Assembly (NCBI GenBank): GCA_031268005.1
Contig: JAIRYA010000064.1
Coordinates: 1 to 46,819, forward strand
From: Puniceicoccales bacterium
Lineage (GTDB): Bacteria; Verrucomicrobiota; Verrucomicrobiia; Opitutales; LL51
DNA length: 46,819 bases
Direction of reading: 5' to 3'
Below the pieces are notes generated by a model, which was not told where the DNA came from, did no database searches, and worked only from the letters and a program-made list of their open reading frames with translations. Position 1 is the first letter of the stretch, and each line of letters opens with the position of its first letter. The position numbers were made by a program, and so were the translations under genes. Below, in pieces: positions 20,729 through 30,639 of the stretch.

Positions 20729-21018
20729 GGTGTGTCATGGGTAATATTTTGAAGAAAATTTGTTATACGGAAAAATTTACAGTTTTAGCATCAAAATACA
20801 ATCAATATGTTTTTGATGTTGATCTATCGAGTACAAAGGGCGAAATTGCGGAAGCGGTTCATTCTTCTTTTGGTGTTAAAGTTAGGGCAGTGAATATTAT
20901 CCGTCGCGATGGAAAAACTCGGCGGAACAAAATGAAACGCGGAGCTTACGGCGTTACTTCTAAGCGTAAAATAGCGATTGTTACGCTAAAAGAGGGAAAT
21001 AAAATAGAAATTATTTAA
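20725..21018 (+). CDS. rplW: 50S ribosomal protein L23
   Basis: KxEIAEAV...FGVKV..VNI and KKAIVTLKEG-like KIAIVTLKEGNKIE. A GTG start at 20725 overlaps the rplD stop. An alternative ATG lies at 20737. Confidence 0.9.
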   Translation: MRCVMGNILKKICYTEKFTVLASKYNQYVFDVDLSSTKGEIAEAVHSSFGVKVRAVNIIRRDGKTRRNKMKRGAYGVTSKRKIAIVTLKEGNKIEII

Positions 21019-21026
21019 GGATAAAA

Positions 21027-21875
21027 ATGACAATTATTTTACATAAACCGAAAACGCCGACGCAGCGGTTTTTAGCACTCAATAGGAGAGCGTTATGGAA
21101 AGATAGGCCCGAAAATTTGCTTACTGCTAGTAAGCATCGATGTAAGGGGCGGAACTGCTACGGTCGCATTACTTCCCGCAGGAGAGGGGGAGGGCATAAG
21201 CGATTGATGCGTCTAGTTGATTTTTTTCGCGATAAATTGGATGTTCCTGCCTGCGTAGAGCGCATTGAATATGATCCGAATCGTTCGGCCGATATTGCTT
21301 TATTGAATTATGTCGACGGTGAAAAACGTTATATTATAGCGCCTCGGGGTTTAAATATTGGTGATTTTGTGGTGAGTTTAAATACGGCCCCAAGGGATTT
21401 TTCCGTGGGAATGTCTTTGCCATTGGCATTGATTCCGTCGGGTATTTTTGTCCATTGCTTAGAAATTGAGCCGGGAAGGGGGGCGGCCATTGCCCGTGGT
21501 GCGGGAATTGGTGCACAGATTGTTGCCTTTGACGGCGGCTATGCGACCATTAAAATGCCTAGCGGGGAAATTCGTCTGTTAAATGCGAAATGTCGTGCAA
21601 CGATCGGTCAAGTTGGAAATAGTGATCATGGCAAACAATCTCTGGGTAAAGCTGGGCGCAATCGTTGGCTGGGGCGGCGTCCTCGTGTGCGAGGTGTCGT
21701 CATGAATCCGGTGGATCACCCGATGGGAGGCGGCGAGGGACGTACTTCTGGCGGTGGTCATCCGGTGTCTCCCTGGGGGCAGTTGGCCAAGGGGTATCCG
21801 ACGCGCAAGCGTTCGCAAAAATCGAATCGCATGATTTTAGTGCGAAGAAATGGTAGAAAGGTCAAAAAGGGGTAG
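21027..21875 (+). CDS. rplB: 50S ribosomal protein L2
   Basis: GRNCYGRITSRRRGGGHKR, IEYDPNRSA.IALL, and VRGVVMNPVDHPMGGGEG. Confidence 0.97.
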   Translation: MTIILHKPKTPTQRFLALNRRALWKDRPENLLTASKHRCKGRNCYGRITSRRRGGGHKRLMRLVDFFRDKLDVPACVERIEYDPNRSADIALLNYVDGEKRYIIAPRGLNIGDFVVSLNTAPRDFSVGMSLPLALIPSGIFVHCLEIEPGRGAAIARGAGIGAQIVAFDGGYATIKMPSGEIRLLNAKCRATIGQVGNSDHGKQSLGKAGRNRWLGRRPRVRGVVMNPVDHPMGGGEGRTSGGGHPVSPWGQLAKGYPTRKRSQKSNRMILVRRNGRKVKKG

Positions 21876-21878
21876 ATT

Positions 21879-22148
21879 ATGGCACGTTCCGCTAAAAAAG
21901 GTTTTTTTGTGGATCCAAATTTAATGGATAAGGTCGATAGGGCGCAGGCTGCGGATAGTCGAAAGCCCATAAAAACTTGGTCGCGTCGTTCGACGGTTAC
22001 GCCGGACTTTGTGGGTTTGAATTTTCAGATACATAATGGTAAATCGTTTATTGACGTTTACATAACAGAGAATATGGTAGGGCACAAGTTAGGAGAATTT
22101 TCTCCAACACGTACGTTTAAGACTCATAATCCTCATACGCAGAAATAA
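21879..22148 (+). CDS. rpsS: 30S ribosomal protein S19
   Basis: [11 protein letters not shown]...[22 protein letters not shown]...[14 protein letters not shown]. Confidence 0.96.
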   Translation: MARSAKKGFFVDPNLMDKVDRAQAADSRKPIKTWSRRSTVTPDFVGLNFQIHNGKSFIDVYITENMVGHKLGEFSPTRTFKTHNPHTQK

Positions 22149-22150
22149 AA

Positions 22151-22486
22151 ATGGAAGTTAGAGCGTCATCGAAATATGTCCGCATGTCCGACAAGAAAGT
22201 GCGCGATATAACGCGCGTTATTGCCGGTAAAAATGCCGAAGAAGCGTTGCAATTTTTGAAATTTATACCGAAAAAATCGGCGCGTTTTGTGGCAAAAACG
22301 TTGGCGAGTGCGATTGCCAATGCTTTCTGTAAGGGAGTAAATACGGAAGTACTTGTTATCAAGGAGGTGATTGCCGAACAAGGCATCGCTTTAAAACGCT
22401 CCGTACCGGCTTCGAGAGGGTCTGCGCATCCCATTCGGAAGCGCACGAGTCACATAAAAATAATATTAACAGATAACTTGAAATAG
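22151..22486 (+). CDS. rplV: 50S ribosomal protein L22
   Basis: RMSDKKVRDITRVIAGKNAEEALQFLKF.PKK and synteny. Confidence 0.94.
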   Translation: MEVRASSKYVRMSDKKVRDITRVIAGKNAEEALQFLKFIPKKSARFVAKTLASAIANAFCKGVNTEVLVIKEVIAEQGIALKRSVPASRGSAHPIRKRTSHIKIILTDNLK

Positions 22487-22489
22487 ATT

Positions 22490-23122
22490 ATGGGACAAAA
22501 GGTTAATCCTATAGGGCTTCGTTTGTTTGTTCGTCGAAACTGGAGTTCCCGTTGGTATGCGACGAAAAAAAATTATCCTATATTTTTAAAAGAGGATTAT
22601 GATATTCGTACATTTTTGCGAAAAAAATTGTCTTTTGCTTCATTTTCGGAGATTTTCATTGAAAGGGCTGGTGAACGCGTTCGCGTTAAAATTTTTACGC
22701 CTCGACCGGGAGTCATCATCGGTCGAAAAGGGCAAGATCTCGAAATTTTATGTGAGGATTTAAAGGCTGTAATTGGGCGCGAGGTTTTGATTGATATTCA
22801 AGAAATTCGTAAACCGGATTTGGTGGCTCAGCTGGTTTCGGAAAATATTGCTTTGCAATTGGAACGTCGAATTTCTTTTCGACGTGCGATGAAAAAGGCG
22901 ATTCAATCGGCGATAAGTTTAGGTGTCGATGGAATAAAAATTCGCTGCGCTGGACGCTTAGGTGGGGCGGAAATTGCCCGTTCGGAATCTTTACGCGAGG
23001 GGCGTGTTCCATTGCATACGCTGAAGGAAAATATTGATTATGGTTTTTCAGAGGCCAGTACGGTTTATGGAAAAATTGGTGTTAAATGTTGGATTTGTCG
23101 CAATGACGCCATAAAAATTTAA
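22490..23122 (+). CDS. rpsC: 30S ribosomal protein S3
   Basis: MGQKVNPIGLRL and a KH domain with GRLGGAEIARSE. Confidence 0.96.
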   Translation: MGQKVNPIGLRLFVRRNWSSRWYATKKNYPIFLKEDYDIRTFLRKKLSFASFSEIFIERAGERVRVKIFTPRPGVIIGRKGQDLEILCEDLKAVIGREVLIDIQEIRKPDLVAQLVSENIALQLERRISFRRAMKKAIQSAISLGVDGIKIRCAGRLGGAEIARSESLREGRVPLHTLKENIDYGFSEASTVYGKIGVKCWICRNDAIKI

Positions 23123-23139
23123 TTGGATAGGAGCAGGTC

Positions 23140-23568
23140 ATGAGTAAATTATCTCCGGCACGAACGAAATACAGAAAAATTCAAAAGGGACGCAATAGAG
23201 GAAATGCAAAAGGGGGCGATTTTTTAGCCTTTGGCGATTGCGGTATCCAAGCTTTAGATCGAGCGAGTATGTCGGCATCGCAAATTGAGGCGGCTCGCGT
23301 GGCAATTTCGCGCCATCTCAAACGAAAGGGGAAGCTATGGGTTCGTGTTTTTCCTCAAATTCCTGTGACTAAAAAGCCGGCTGAAACGCGTATGGGAAAG
23401 GGAAAGGGGGCGGTTGAATATTGGGCAGCGGCGGTGAAGCCGGGTTTAATTTTATTTGAATTGGCAGGGATTCCCCTAAGTTTAGCGCGTGAAGCCTTTC
23501 GTTTGGCGGATTTTAAATTGCCATTTCGCTGCCGTTTTATAAGCCGTGAAGAATTGGAGAGTTATTAG
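23140..23568 (+). CDS. rplP: 50S ribosomal protein L16
   Basis: P.RTKYRK.QKGR, RMGKGKGAVEYWAA.VKPG.ILFE. Confidence 0.96.
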   Translation: MSKLSPARTKYRKIQKGRNRGNAKGGDFLAFGDCGIQALDRASMSASQIEAARVAISRHLKRKGKLWVRVFPQIPVTKKPAETRMGKGKGAVEYWAAAVKPGLILFELAGIPLSLAREAFRLADFKLPFRCRFISREELESY

Positions 23569-23569
23569 T

Positions 23570-23779
23570 ATGAAAAATAGCATGGAAAATTTTCGTGAAA
23601 AATCCGAAAGGGAGTTATTTCAAAGTTTAAAAGAATCGGAAAAGTCTCTATTTGATTTGCACATGAAAAGATGTTCTTCCCAATTGGAGAAGCCTCATAT
23701 GCTTATTTTGTTAAAAAAACAAATTGCAAAAATTAAGACTTTTTTGAAACAAAAGGCTTGCAAAAATTGTAATAAGTAA
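23570..23779 (+). CDS. rpmC: 50S ribosomal protein L29
   Basis: FREKSERELFQSLKESEKSLFDLHMK matches the L29 pattern. The start was moved to the ATG at 23570, just after the rplP stop. Confidence 0.85.
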   Translation: MKNSMENFREKSERELFQSLKESEKSLFDLHMKRCSSQLEKPHMLILLKKQIAKIKTFLKQKACKNCNK

Positions 23780-23784
23780 AAAGT

Positions 23785-24060
23785 ATGTTGGCTATGGAAC
23801 AAAGAAGGAGTCGAAAATGTTTACAGGGTGTCGTGGTGGGATGTTCCGGTGTTAAAAGTATAAAGGTGATATATTCTTACAAGGTTCCCCATTCCCTTTA
23901 TCGCAAAGAGGTGCAACGGAAGACGGTTTTGCATGTGCACGATGAAAAAAATGAGTGTCGTGTGGGCGACAAAATTGAAATTATGGAAACGCGTCCGATG
24001 AGTAAGATGAAACGTTGGCGTGTGGTAAATATTATGGAGAAAATGCCTGTCTTGGAGTAA
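23785..24060 (+). CDS. rpsQ: 30S ribosomal protein S17
   Basis: [10 protein letters not shown]...[28 protein letters not shown]. An alternative start is ATG 23794 (MEQRRSRK). Confidence 0.92.
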   Translation: MLAMEQRRSRKCLQGVVVGCSGVKSIKVIYSYKVPHSLYRKEVQRKTVLHVHDEKNECRVGDKIEIMETRPMSKMKRWRVVNIMEKMPVLE

Positions 24061-24068
24061 AATTTTTT

Positions 24069-24434
24069 ATGTTACAGCAGCAAAGTATATTGGATGTTGC
24101 GGATAATACGGGAGCCAAAAGGGCAATGATGATCCGTCGGCTTGGGCAAACTACGCGTACAGCTGGAATTGGCGATGTGATTGTGGTTTCCATTAAACAA
24201 AGTATTCCGGAGGCTATGGTAAAAAAGGGGAGTGTGGCCCATGCGGTGATCGTGAGAACGGCAGCGACGATTGCGCGGGAAGATGGAAGCTATTTGCGTT
24301 TTGATCGCAATGCGTGCGTTATTATTGACGATAAGGGTAATCCAAAGGGAAGCCGTATTTTTGGGCCCGTTGCCCGCGAGTTGCGGCAGAAAAATTTTAT
24401 GAAAATTATTTCTTTAGCACCGGAGGTGATATAG
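24069..24434 (+). CDS. rplN: 50S ribosomal protein L14
   Basis: [17 protein letters not shown]...IRFD.NA.V.I...[16 protein letters not shown]. The start was moved to ATG 24069. Confidence 0.96.
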   Translation: MLQQQSILDVADNTGAKRAMMIRRLGQTTRTAGIGDVIVVSIKQSIPEAMVKKGSVAHAVIVRTAATIAREDGSYLRFDRNACVIIDDKGNPKGSRIFGPVARELRQKNFMKIISLAPEVI

Positions 24435-24679
24435 TGAAGTACAAAATTAAAAAAAATGATGAAGTTGTTGTAATTTCCGGATCCCATAGGGGGAGTCGCG
24501 GTAAGATTTTAGAAGTTTTACGTGATTCTTGTAGGGTTATTATAGAAGGTGTTGGTCTAAAAAAGAGATATATTAAAAAGGATCAAAATCACCCGGAAGG
24601 GGGCGTCGTTGAACAGGAGAGTAGTATCCATTATTCCAATGTCATGAAGGCGATGATTTTTGATAAAAAGAGGGGGTAG
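24434..24679 (+). CDS. rplX: 50S ribosomal protein L24
   Basis: KIKKNDEVVVISGSHRGSRGKIL (KOW). The GTG start overlaps the rplN stop (TAGTG). Confidence 0.92.
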   Translation: MKYKIKKNDEVVVISGSHRGSRGKILEVLRDSCRVIIEGVGLKKRYIKKDQNHPEGGVVEQESSIHYSNVMKAMIFDKKRG

Positions 24680-24742
24680 TCTAAGTAATTTTTTAATGCT
24701 TTTGGGAGTTGCATTGGCTTCGATCTCAAGGGAAGGAAAGTA

Positions 24743-25291
24743 ATGAGGAAGTTAGTTTTTAAGGAGTATTATTTCGAAACAGTTGTGCCAGCGTTGATAG
24801 AATTGTATGGTTATGGAAATAAGCATTTGGTTCCTTGGTTGGAAAAAATTGTTGTTAATTCAGCAATTGCTTCGGATTGGGATAAAAATTTTATTGCAGA
24901 GGTGGAGCGCGATATCGCTATGGTTTGTTGCCAAAAGCCAATTGTTGTTAAGGCAAAAAAAAGTATTTCTAATTTTAAGCTTCGCAAAGGAATGCCGAAT
25001 GGTTTTAAAGTAACTTTAAGGGGGAATGCGATGTATGATTTTTTCTATAAACTAGTTTCAATTGTCCTGCCGGCTGTGCGTGATTTTCGCGGCGTTTCCA
25101 ATAAACTGGACGGCTGTGGCAACTATACTCTTGGGATCGTTGATCACACGATTTTTCCTGAAGTTACGGTTGGTAAGGAGCGAAAAATTGTGGGCATGGA
25201 TGTTACTTTTGTGACATCTGCAAAAACGGATCATGAGGGTCGTGATTTATTGCGATTATTTGGGGTTCCTTTTAGAAAGAAAAGTGCGTAG
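24743..25291 (+). CDS. rplE: 50S ribosomal protein L5
   Basis: VVPALIELYGYGN...P.LEKIVVN and GNYTLGI.DH.IFPE. Confidence 0.95.
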   Translation: MRKLVFKEYYFETVVPALIELYGYGNKHLVPWLEKIVVNSAIASDWDKNFIAEVERDIAMVCCQKPIVVKAKKSISNFKLRKGMPNGFKVTLRGNAMYDFFYKLVSIVLPAVRDFRGVSNKLDGCGNYTLGIVDHTIFPEVTVGKERKIVGMDVTFVTSAKTDHEGRDLLRLFGVPFRKKSA

Positions 25292-25302
25292 CGGAGTAGA
25301 TC

Positions 25303-25608
25303 ATGGCAAAAATTTCCATAATTAAACGAAATGAAAAGAGAAAGGCGCTTGTCGCAAAATTTGCAGTGCAGCGTGATGCTTTGAAGAAAATTTTGAAAAA
25401 TCCCAAAACGACGGATACGGATTTTTTTGTTGCCAGTCGAAAATTGGCAAAATTGCCTCGAAATTCTTCGTCGACGAGGGTGCGCAATCGCTGTTCGATT
25501 ACGGGAAGAGGACGTGCCTATTATCGAAAGTTCGGTGTTTCGCGAATTCAATTGCGTGAATTGGTTTCCTATGGAAAAATTCCCGGTGTAATAAAGGCTT
25601 CTTGGTAA
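25303..25608 (+). CDS. rpsN: 30S ribosomal protein S14 (long, non-zinc type)
   Basis: MAK.S.I.RNEKRK.LV.KF...R and the C-terminus [23 protein letters not shown]...G.IPGV.KASW. 101 aa. Confidence 0.95.
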   Translation: MAKISIIKRNEKRKALVAKFAVQRDALKKILKNPKTTDTDFFVASRKLAKLPRNSSSTRVRNRCSITGRGRAYYRKFGVSRIQLRELVSYGKIPGVIKASW

Positions 25609-25609
25609 A

Positions 25610-25999
25610 ATGGATACAATTGGAGATTTTTTAACGATTATTCGAAATGCGAATGCTGTGGGGAAGCAAATCTGTTCCGCTGCAGCGTCGAATATTAGGG
25701 TAAAATTGGCGGATGTTTTGAAGAGAAATGGCTATATTTGTGACTATGCCATAGAAGAAGTACGCTCCGGAGTAAAAGAAATTTCTTTAAAATTGAAATA
25801 CGTTAGGGGTGTTTCAGTGATTACGGGAATCGTTCGTTGTAGTCGTCCGGGATGTCGCTTATATCACGCCAATCGTTCGATTCCGAGGGTCTATAACAAT
25901 TTGGGAATATGTATTTTGACGACTTCGAAGGGGATTTTATCTGGAAAAGAGGCCCTGCAAAATCACGTAGGCGGTGAGTTGTTGTGTAAAGTTTGGTAA
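25610..25999 (+). CDS. rpsH: 30S ribosomal protein S8
   Basis: DTIGDFLTIIRNA...GYI.DY...LTTS.GILSGKEA....VGGELLC.VW. Confidence 0.95.
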   Translation: MDTIGDFLTIIRNANAVGKQICSAAASNIRVKLADVLKRNGYICDYAIEEVRSGVKEISLKLKYVRGVSVITGIVRCSRPGCRLYHANRSIPRVYNNLGICILTTSKGILSGKEALQNHVGGELLCKVW

Positions 26000-26005
26000 A
26001 AAATC

Positions 26006-26545
26006 ATGAGTAGAATAGGAAAGTTACCCATAGTTGTTCCAAGTACGGTTAGAGTTGCCATAGAAAATGGAATGGTTTCCGTGAGTGGTGTAATAGGAAA
26101 GATATCTCAATCTTTTAATGGTTTGATTCACATTAAATTCGATGGAGGTACCATTGAAGTTTCCCCAAAGGATGATTCCCGCCATGCGCATGCGATGCAT
26201 GGCACGGTGCGTTCGATCATTAATAATATGGTGCAAGGGGTGCAAACGCCCTATTTTAAAGACCTGGAAATTCAGGGAGTTGGCTTTAAGGCAATTTTAA
26301 AGGATCGCGTTTTGGATTTAGTGTTAGGCTATTCCCATCCCGTGCTTTATTCCATTCCGGAGGACATAAAGGTGACCGTAAAAGATGGTACGGCGATTCA
26401 TATTGAAGGCGCCGATAAATTTTTAGTTGGAAAGGTTGCGGCGGATATAAAACGTTTCTATCCGGTGGAGCCTTATAAGGGCAAAGGTGTGCGCATTGTT
26501 GGTGAACACGTTCGCCGAAAGGAAGGTAAAAAATCAGCAAAATAG
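26006..26545 (+). CDS. rplF: 50S ribosomal protein L6
   Basis: MSRIGKLPI.VP..V and LEI.GVGFKA...YSHPV......P.EPYKGKG.R. Confidence 0.95.
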   Translation: MSRIGKLPIVVPSTVRVAIENGMVSVSGVIGKISQSFNGLIHIKFDGGTIEVSPKDDSRHAHAMHGTVRSIINNMVQGVQTPYFKDLEIQGVGFKAILKDRVLDLVLGYSHPVLYSIPEDIKVTVKDGTAIHIEGADKFLVGKVAADIKRFYPVEPYKGKGVRIVGEHVRRKEGKKSAK

Positions 26546-26558
26546 AGGTGGGTATTTT

Positions 26559-26918
26559 ATGAATTTTGATCGTAAGAAAATTTCAAAACACAGGAGGCGA
26601 ATGCGAATCCGTAAGGCGGTTTTGGGGACAGTTTCCCGTCCTCGATTGTCCTTGCATTTTAGTGGTAAGCATATGTATGCGCAGTGCGTTGATGATAGTG
26701 CGGGTAGGACGTTGGTTTATTTGTCGACGGTTTCTAAAGCTCCGGCTGAAAAATTGAAAATGAATGTCGATGGAGCGGCCTCTTTTGGTAAGTTATTTAG
26801 TAAAATTGCGCTTGATTCGGGCATTGGCAATGTTGTTTTTGATCGCGATACAAAGCGTTACCATGGGAGAGTGAAGGCATTTGCGGATTCGGTTCGAGAT
26901 GCCGGTTTAAGGTTTTAG
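26559..26918 (+). CDS. rplR: 50S ribosomal protein L18
   Basis: [17 protein letters not shown]...S.KH.YAQ..DD and FDR....[16 protein letters not shown]. The start was moved to ATG 26559. Confidence 0.94.
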   Translation: MNFDRKKISKHRRRMRIRKAVLGTVSRPRLSLHFSGKHMYAQCVDDSAGRTLVYLSTVSKAPAEKLKMNVDGAASFGKLFSKIALDSGIGNVVFDRDTKRYHGRVKAFADSVRDAGLRF

Positions 26919-26923
26919 TTTTT

Positions 26924-27478
26924 ATGAGTAATTTTAATTTGGAGTCCAATCGGCAAAGAAGGTCCGGATCGATAAGGGAAAGACTGGGCGAGCGAAGAGA
27001 AGACCGCGAGCGCTTGATGGATAAAGTCGTTTTTATTAATCGCTGTGCGAAAGTTGTCAAAGGTGGGCGTCGCTTTGGCTTTGCGGCGTTAGTTGTTGTA
27101 GGTGACGAAGCTGGGCGTGTGGGTGTCGGATTAGGTAAGGCTAAGGAGACGCCGGATGCCGTGAAAAAAGCCGTTGAGCAAGCTAAGAAAAATTTAAAAA
27201 GTTATCCTTTGGCGGGGCATACAATTCCCCATGATGTGCTTGGCGCTTCCGATGGCGGATTGGTAATGTTGCGGCCCGCTGCTCCGGGAACGGGAATTGT
27301 TGCCGGCGGGGGAGTTCGTTTAGTTTTAGAGGTATTAGGAGTAACGGATGTTCTTTCAAAGTCCATGGGATCGAATAATCCTTTCGCGATGGTAGGGGCA
27401 ACGCTCGATGCTTTGGGTAAATTGCGCTCATATTCCTCTGTGATGGCCTTGCGCTATGGTGATGCGAAAAAAGAATAG
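26924..27478 (+). CDS. rpsE: 30S ribosomal protein S5
   Basis: [33 protein letters not shown]...A..KA. Confidence 0.95.
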   Translation: MSNFNLESNRQRRSGSIRERLGERREDRERLMDKVVFINRCAKVVKGGRRFGFAALVVVGDEAGRVGVGLGKAKETPDAVKKAVEQAKKNLKSYPLAGHTIPHDVLGASDGGLVMLRPAAPGTGIVAGGGVRLVLEVLGVTDVLSKSMGSNNPFAMVGATLDALGKLRSYSSVMALRYGDAKKE

Positions 27479-27483
27479 GAGTT

Positions 27484-27936
27484 ATGGTGAAATTATATAA
27501 TTTAGTAAAAGTTGGGTCAAATTGTCAAACGAAGCGTCGCGGCCGCGGCCAGGGCAGTGGCTGTGGCGGAACTTCGGGCCGTGGACACAAAGGAGGGAAG
27601 GCGCGTTCGGGATATTCTCCGGCCCCCTGTTGTTGCGGCATTCCCTACTATCGCCGTTTGCCGAAGCGCGGATTTAATAATAGTATGTTTACGCTGCGTT
27701 TTTTCGGGGTTAATTTGAGTGTTTTAGCAAAGCTTGCGGAAACTCACAGCGAAATTAATAGGGAAATTTTAGTTAAAAGTGGAATTATTAAGTCAAATGA
27801 GGTATCGATTAAAATTTTGGGAAGTGGGGAATTGGCAAAACCGATAAAAGTTACTGCGGATCGATTTTCGAAAAGTGCAAAGCGGAAGATTGAGGCGGTG
27901 GGTGGTTCTGTTATTGAGCGGCCAGAGGGAGCATAA
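27484..27936 (+). CDS. rplO: 50S ribosomal protein L15
   Basis: GRGHKGGKARSG...YRRLPKRGF. It directly follows rpsE, so no rpmD lies between them. Confidence 0.92.
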   Translation: MVKLYNLVKVGSNCQTKRRGRGQGSGCGGTSGRGHKGGKARSGYSPAPCCCGIPYYRRLPKRGFNNSMFTLRFFGVNLSVLAKLAETHSEINREILVKSGIIKSNEVSIKILGSGELAKPIKVTADRFSKSAKRKIEAVGGSVIERPEGA

Positions 27937-27944
27937 GGGATTCA

Positions 27945-29438
27945 ATGTTTGAGGCATTTTTTAATTGTTTAAAGATACAGGAATTGCGTAATAAGTTGAT
28001 TTTTACGCTTGCATTGTTGTTTGTTGCTCGCATTGGGGCGTGCATTCCGTTGCCCGGTTTGGATCCAAAGGCTCTCCATGATTTTTTTGTAACCCAACGG
28101 GGATCGGGCAATAATCTAGTGGGAATGTATAATATGTTTACCGGAGGCGCTTTTTTAAAGGGTGCGATTTTCGGTTTAGGGGTTATGCCTTACATTAGTG
28201 CTTCGATTATTTTCCAGTTGTTGGCAGCGGTTGCCCCCAGCATCGCTCGAATTCAACGGGAGCAGAATGGACATCAAAAAATTGCGCAATATACGCGCTA
28301 TTTGACATTGCTCATTTGTCTAATTCAGGGGGTGCTATTAGTGCTAGCGCTTTCGAATTATCCCGAGAAAATTTTTCCGGGATTTGATCGCTCGATCTAT
28401 GGTGATATTGTTATCATGGGTCGCGGGTGGTTTTTATTCAATTCTACAATTATTCTAACAGCCGGGACGATGATTTTGACGTGGATCGGCGATCGCATTA
28501 CCCAATTGGGGATTGGCAATGGCGTTTCTCTGCTCATTACGGTGGGCATCCTATCTTCGCTTCCAGGTGCAGTTATACAATTGGTGCAAATGTTTACAAA
28601 ACCGGTGGGCGCCGAATCGGCGGAAATGGGCATGCCCCATCTGTTGTTGATGTTAACTTTATTAGTTGTCGTCATTTACAGTATGGTCGCGGTGACGCAG
28701 GCAACGCGAAAAATTCCGGTGCAATATGCCCGCCGCGTAATTGGTCGAAAAATGATGGGGGGGCAAAATTCTTTTCTTCCGTTGAAAGTAAATTATGCGG
28801 GGGTGATGCCCGTTATCTTTGCGAGCACGCTTATTATGTTTCCCCAGCAGATTTTTACCTATATTGCGGGGGCATGGAATCTTCCCTTTTTCGTCAAAAT
28901 TGCCAATGCGTTGATGCATGGCTCAACCATATTCTATGTGATCTATGGAACATTGATTCTCTGTTTTAGCTATTTTTGGGTATCGATTATGTTTAAGCCC
29001 ATGCAAATTGCGGAAGATTTAAAGAAGAGTGGGGGCTATATTCCGGGCGTTCGTCCCGGAAATGATACGGCGAATTTTCTCGATTTTTCGATGACGCGTT
29101 TGACACTTGCGGGGGCGATTTTTTTAACCGTCGTCGCCCTATTGCCGGATTTAATTTCGATTTCATTTGGAATTCCCTATACAATTTCAATGTTTTTTGG
29201 TGGAACGGGAACGCTGATTACGGTGGGTGTTATTTTGGATACGATGCGTCAAATGGAAGTTCAGCTTTTGGAGCGGAATTACGATGGATTTTTACAGAAG
29301 GGAAAGGTGCGTTCCCGTGGCATTCGCGGGGGGTTTGATTTCTCTGAATTTGTGGAATCCTGTAAGAAGATTAGGGGAATACTTTTCATTCTGGCAGGAT
29401 TATTAGTAATCGGCTTGGTGGCTTGGTTATTGAAGTAA
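27945..29438 (+). CDS. secY: Preprotein translocase subunit SecY, with a C-terminal extension
   Basis: GLGVMPYISASIIFQLL, a polytopic profile, and synteny. At 497 aa it is longer than the usual ~440. Confidence 0.95.
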   Translation: MFEAFFNCLKIQELRNKLIFTLALLFVARIGACIPLPGLDPKALHDFFVTQRGSGNNLVGMYNMFTGGAFLKGAIFGLGVMPYISASIIFQLLAAVAPSIARIQREQNGHQKIAQYTRYLTLLICLIQGVLLVLALSNYPEKIFPGFDRSIYGDIVIMGRGWFLFNSTIILTAGTMILTWIGDRITQLGIGNGVSLLITVGILSSLPGAVIQLVQMFTKPVGAESAEMGMPHLLLMLTLLVVVIYSMVAVTQATRKIPVQYARRVIGRKMMGGQNSFLPLKVNYAGVMPVIFASTLIMFPQQIFTYIAGAWNLPFFVKIANALMHGSTIFYVIYGTLILCFSYFWVSIMFKPMQIAEDLKKSGGYIPGVRPGNDTANFLDFSMTRLTLAGAIFLTVVALLPDLISISFGIPYTISMFFGGTGTLITVGVILDTMRQMEVQLLERNYDGFLQKGKVRSRGIRGGFDFSEFVESCKKIRGILFILAGLLVIGLVAWLLK

Positions 29439-29445
29439 GGGTTTC

Positions 29446-30213
29446 ATGATTCCGATAAAAAATTCAGCTGAAATTGAAAAAATGCGACGGGTTGGGGCCA
29501 TTTCCGCAAAGGTATTGGACGAAATTTGTCGCCATGTTGCTGTCGGGGTTTCAACTGCGGATTTAAATGATTTGACAAAAGAGGTCATGGAGCGCCATGG
29601 AGCGGTAAGTACGTCTTTTGGTTTTCGTTCGGGTAAAAAAATCTTTCCCGGTTACGGATGTTTTGCGGTCAATGATGAAATTGTTCACGGCATTCCATCG
29701 GAGAAAAAAATATTGCAAGAGGGTGATATTATTAGTATTGATTTGGCAATGCGAGTGGACGGTTTTGTGGGAGACAACACGCGAACGGTGGGTGTCGGAG
29801 AGATTGCACTGGAAATGCAGCGTTTGATCGATATCACCCAATACGCCTTGCAGGCTGGAATTGATGCGGCGATTGCGGGTAATACGGTGGGGCATATTTC
29901 GGCGGCAATTCAGAGTGTTGCCGATGAAAATGGGTTGGGTGTGGTGCGCGAATTGATTGGCCACGGCATTGGGCGTGAAATGCACGAGGAGCCGGAAGTC
30001 CCCAATTATGGTGTTGCCGGAAAGGGGCCGCAATTGAAGCCGGGCATGACCCTGGCGGTTGAGCCTATGTTTACAATGGGTAAGCCAAAAATTTCGGTGG
30101 ATTCCGATGGTTGGACCATACGCACAGCCGATGGAAAATGGGCTGCTCACAGTGAGCATACTCTTTTAATTACAGAAAGTTTGCCAGAAATCTTGACTTT
30201 GTTAAAAAAATGA
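29446..30213 (+). CDS. map: Methionine aminopeptidase, type I
   Basis: Metal-ligand context DI.SIDL...DGF.GD, GHGIGRE.HE.P, and LAVEPM. Confidence 0.94.
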   Translation: MIPIKNSAEIEKMRRVGAISAKVLDEICRHVAVGVSTADLNDLTKEVMERHGAVSTSFGFRSGKKIFPGYGCFAVNDEIVHGIPSEKKILQEGDIISIDLAMRVDGFVGDNTRTVGVGEIALEMQRLIDITQYALQAGIDAAIAGNTVGHISAAIQSVADENGLGVVRELIGHGIGREMHEEPEVPNYGVAGKGPQLKPGMTLAVEPMFTMGKPKISVDSDGWTIRTADGKWAAHSEHTLLITESLPEILTLLKK

Positions 30214-30259
30214 TTTTCCAAGAACTATATACGAAACATTTTATAAAAAATAAACAATT

Positions 30260-30634
30260 ATGCCACGTTTAATTGGAGTAGATATTCCCAACAATAAAAA
30301 ATTACCCTATGCTTTGCGGTACATTTATGGTGTGGGGCCTTGCCGTGCGGATCTCATTGTGGAGCAGGCGGGCCTCAATCCGGATATGAGGGCACAGGAT
30401 TTAACCGAGGAAAATATTAATAAGATTACCTCCGTTATTATCGAAAACGGATGGAAAGTTGAAGGCGATTTACGCCGTGAGATTATTTCGAATTTGAAGC
30501 GTCTGCAGGCGATTAAGTGTTATCGAGGAATTCGCCACTATCGTGGACTTCCCGTTCGCGGGCAGAGGACTTCGACCAATGCGCGTACGCGCAAAGGGGC
30601 GCGAAAAACGATTGGTGTAATTAGAAAGAAATAG
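30260..30634 (+). CDS. rpsM: 30S ribosomal protein S13
   Basis: [11 protein letters not shown]...AL.YIYG.G and [22 protein letters not shown]. Confidence 0.96.
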   Translation: MPRLIGVDIPNNKKLPYALRYIYGVGPCRADLIVEQAGLNPDMRAQDLTEENINKITSVIIENGWKVEGDLRREIISNLKRLQAIKCYRGIRHYRGLPVRGQRTSTNARTRKGARKTIGVIRKK

Positions 30635-30639
30635 TAGCT

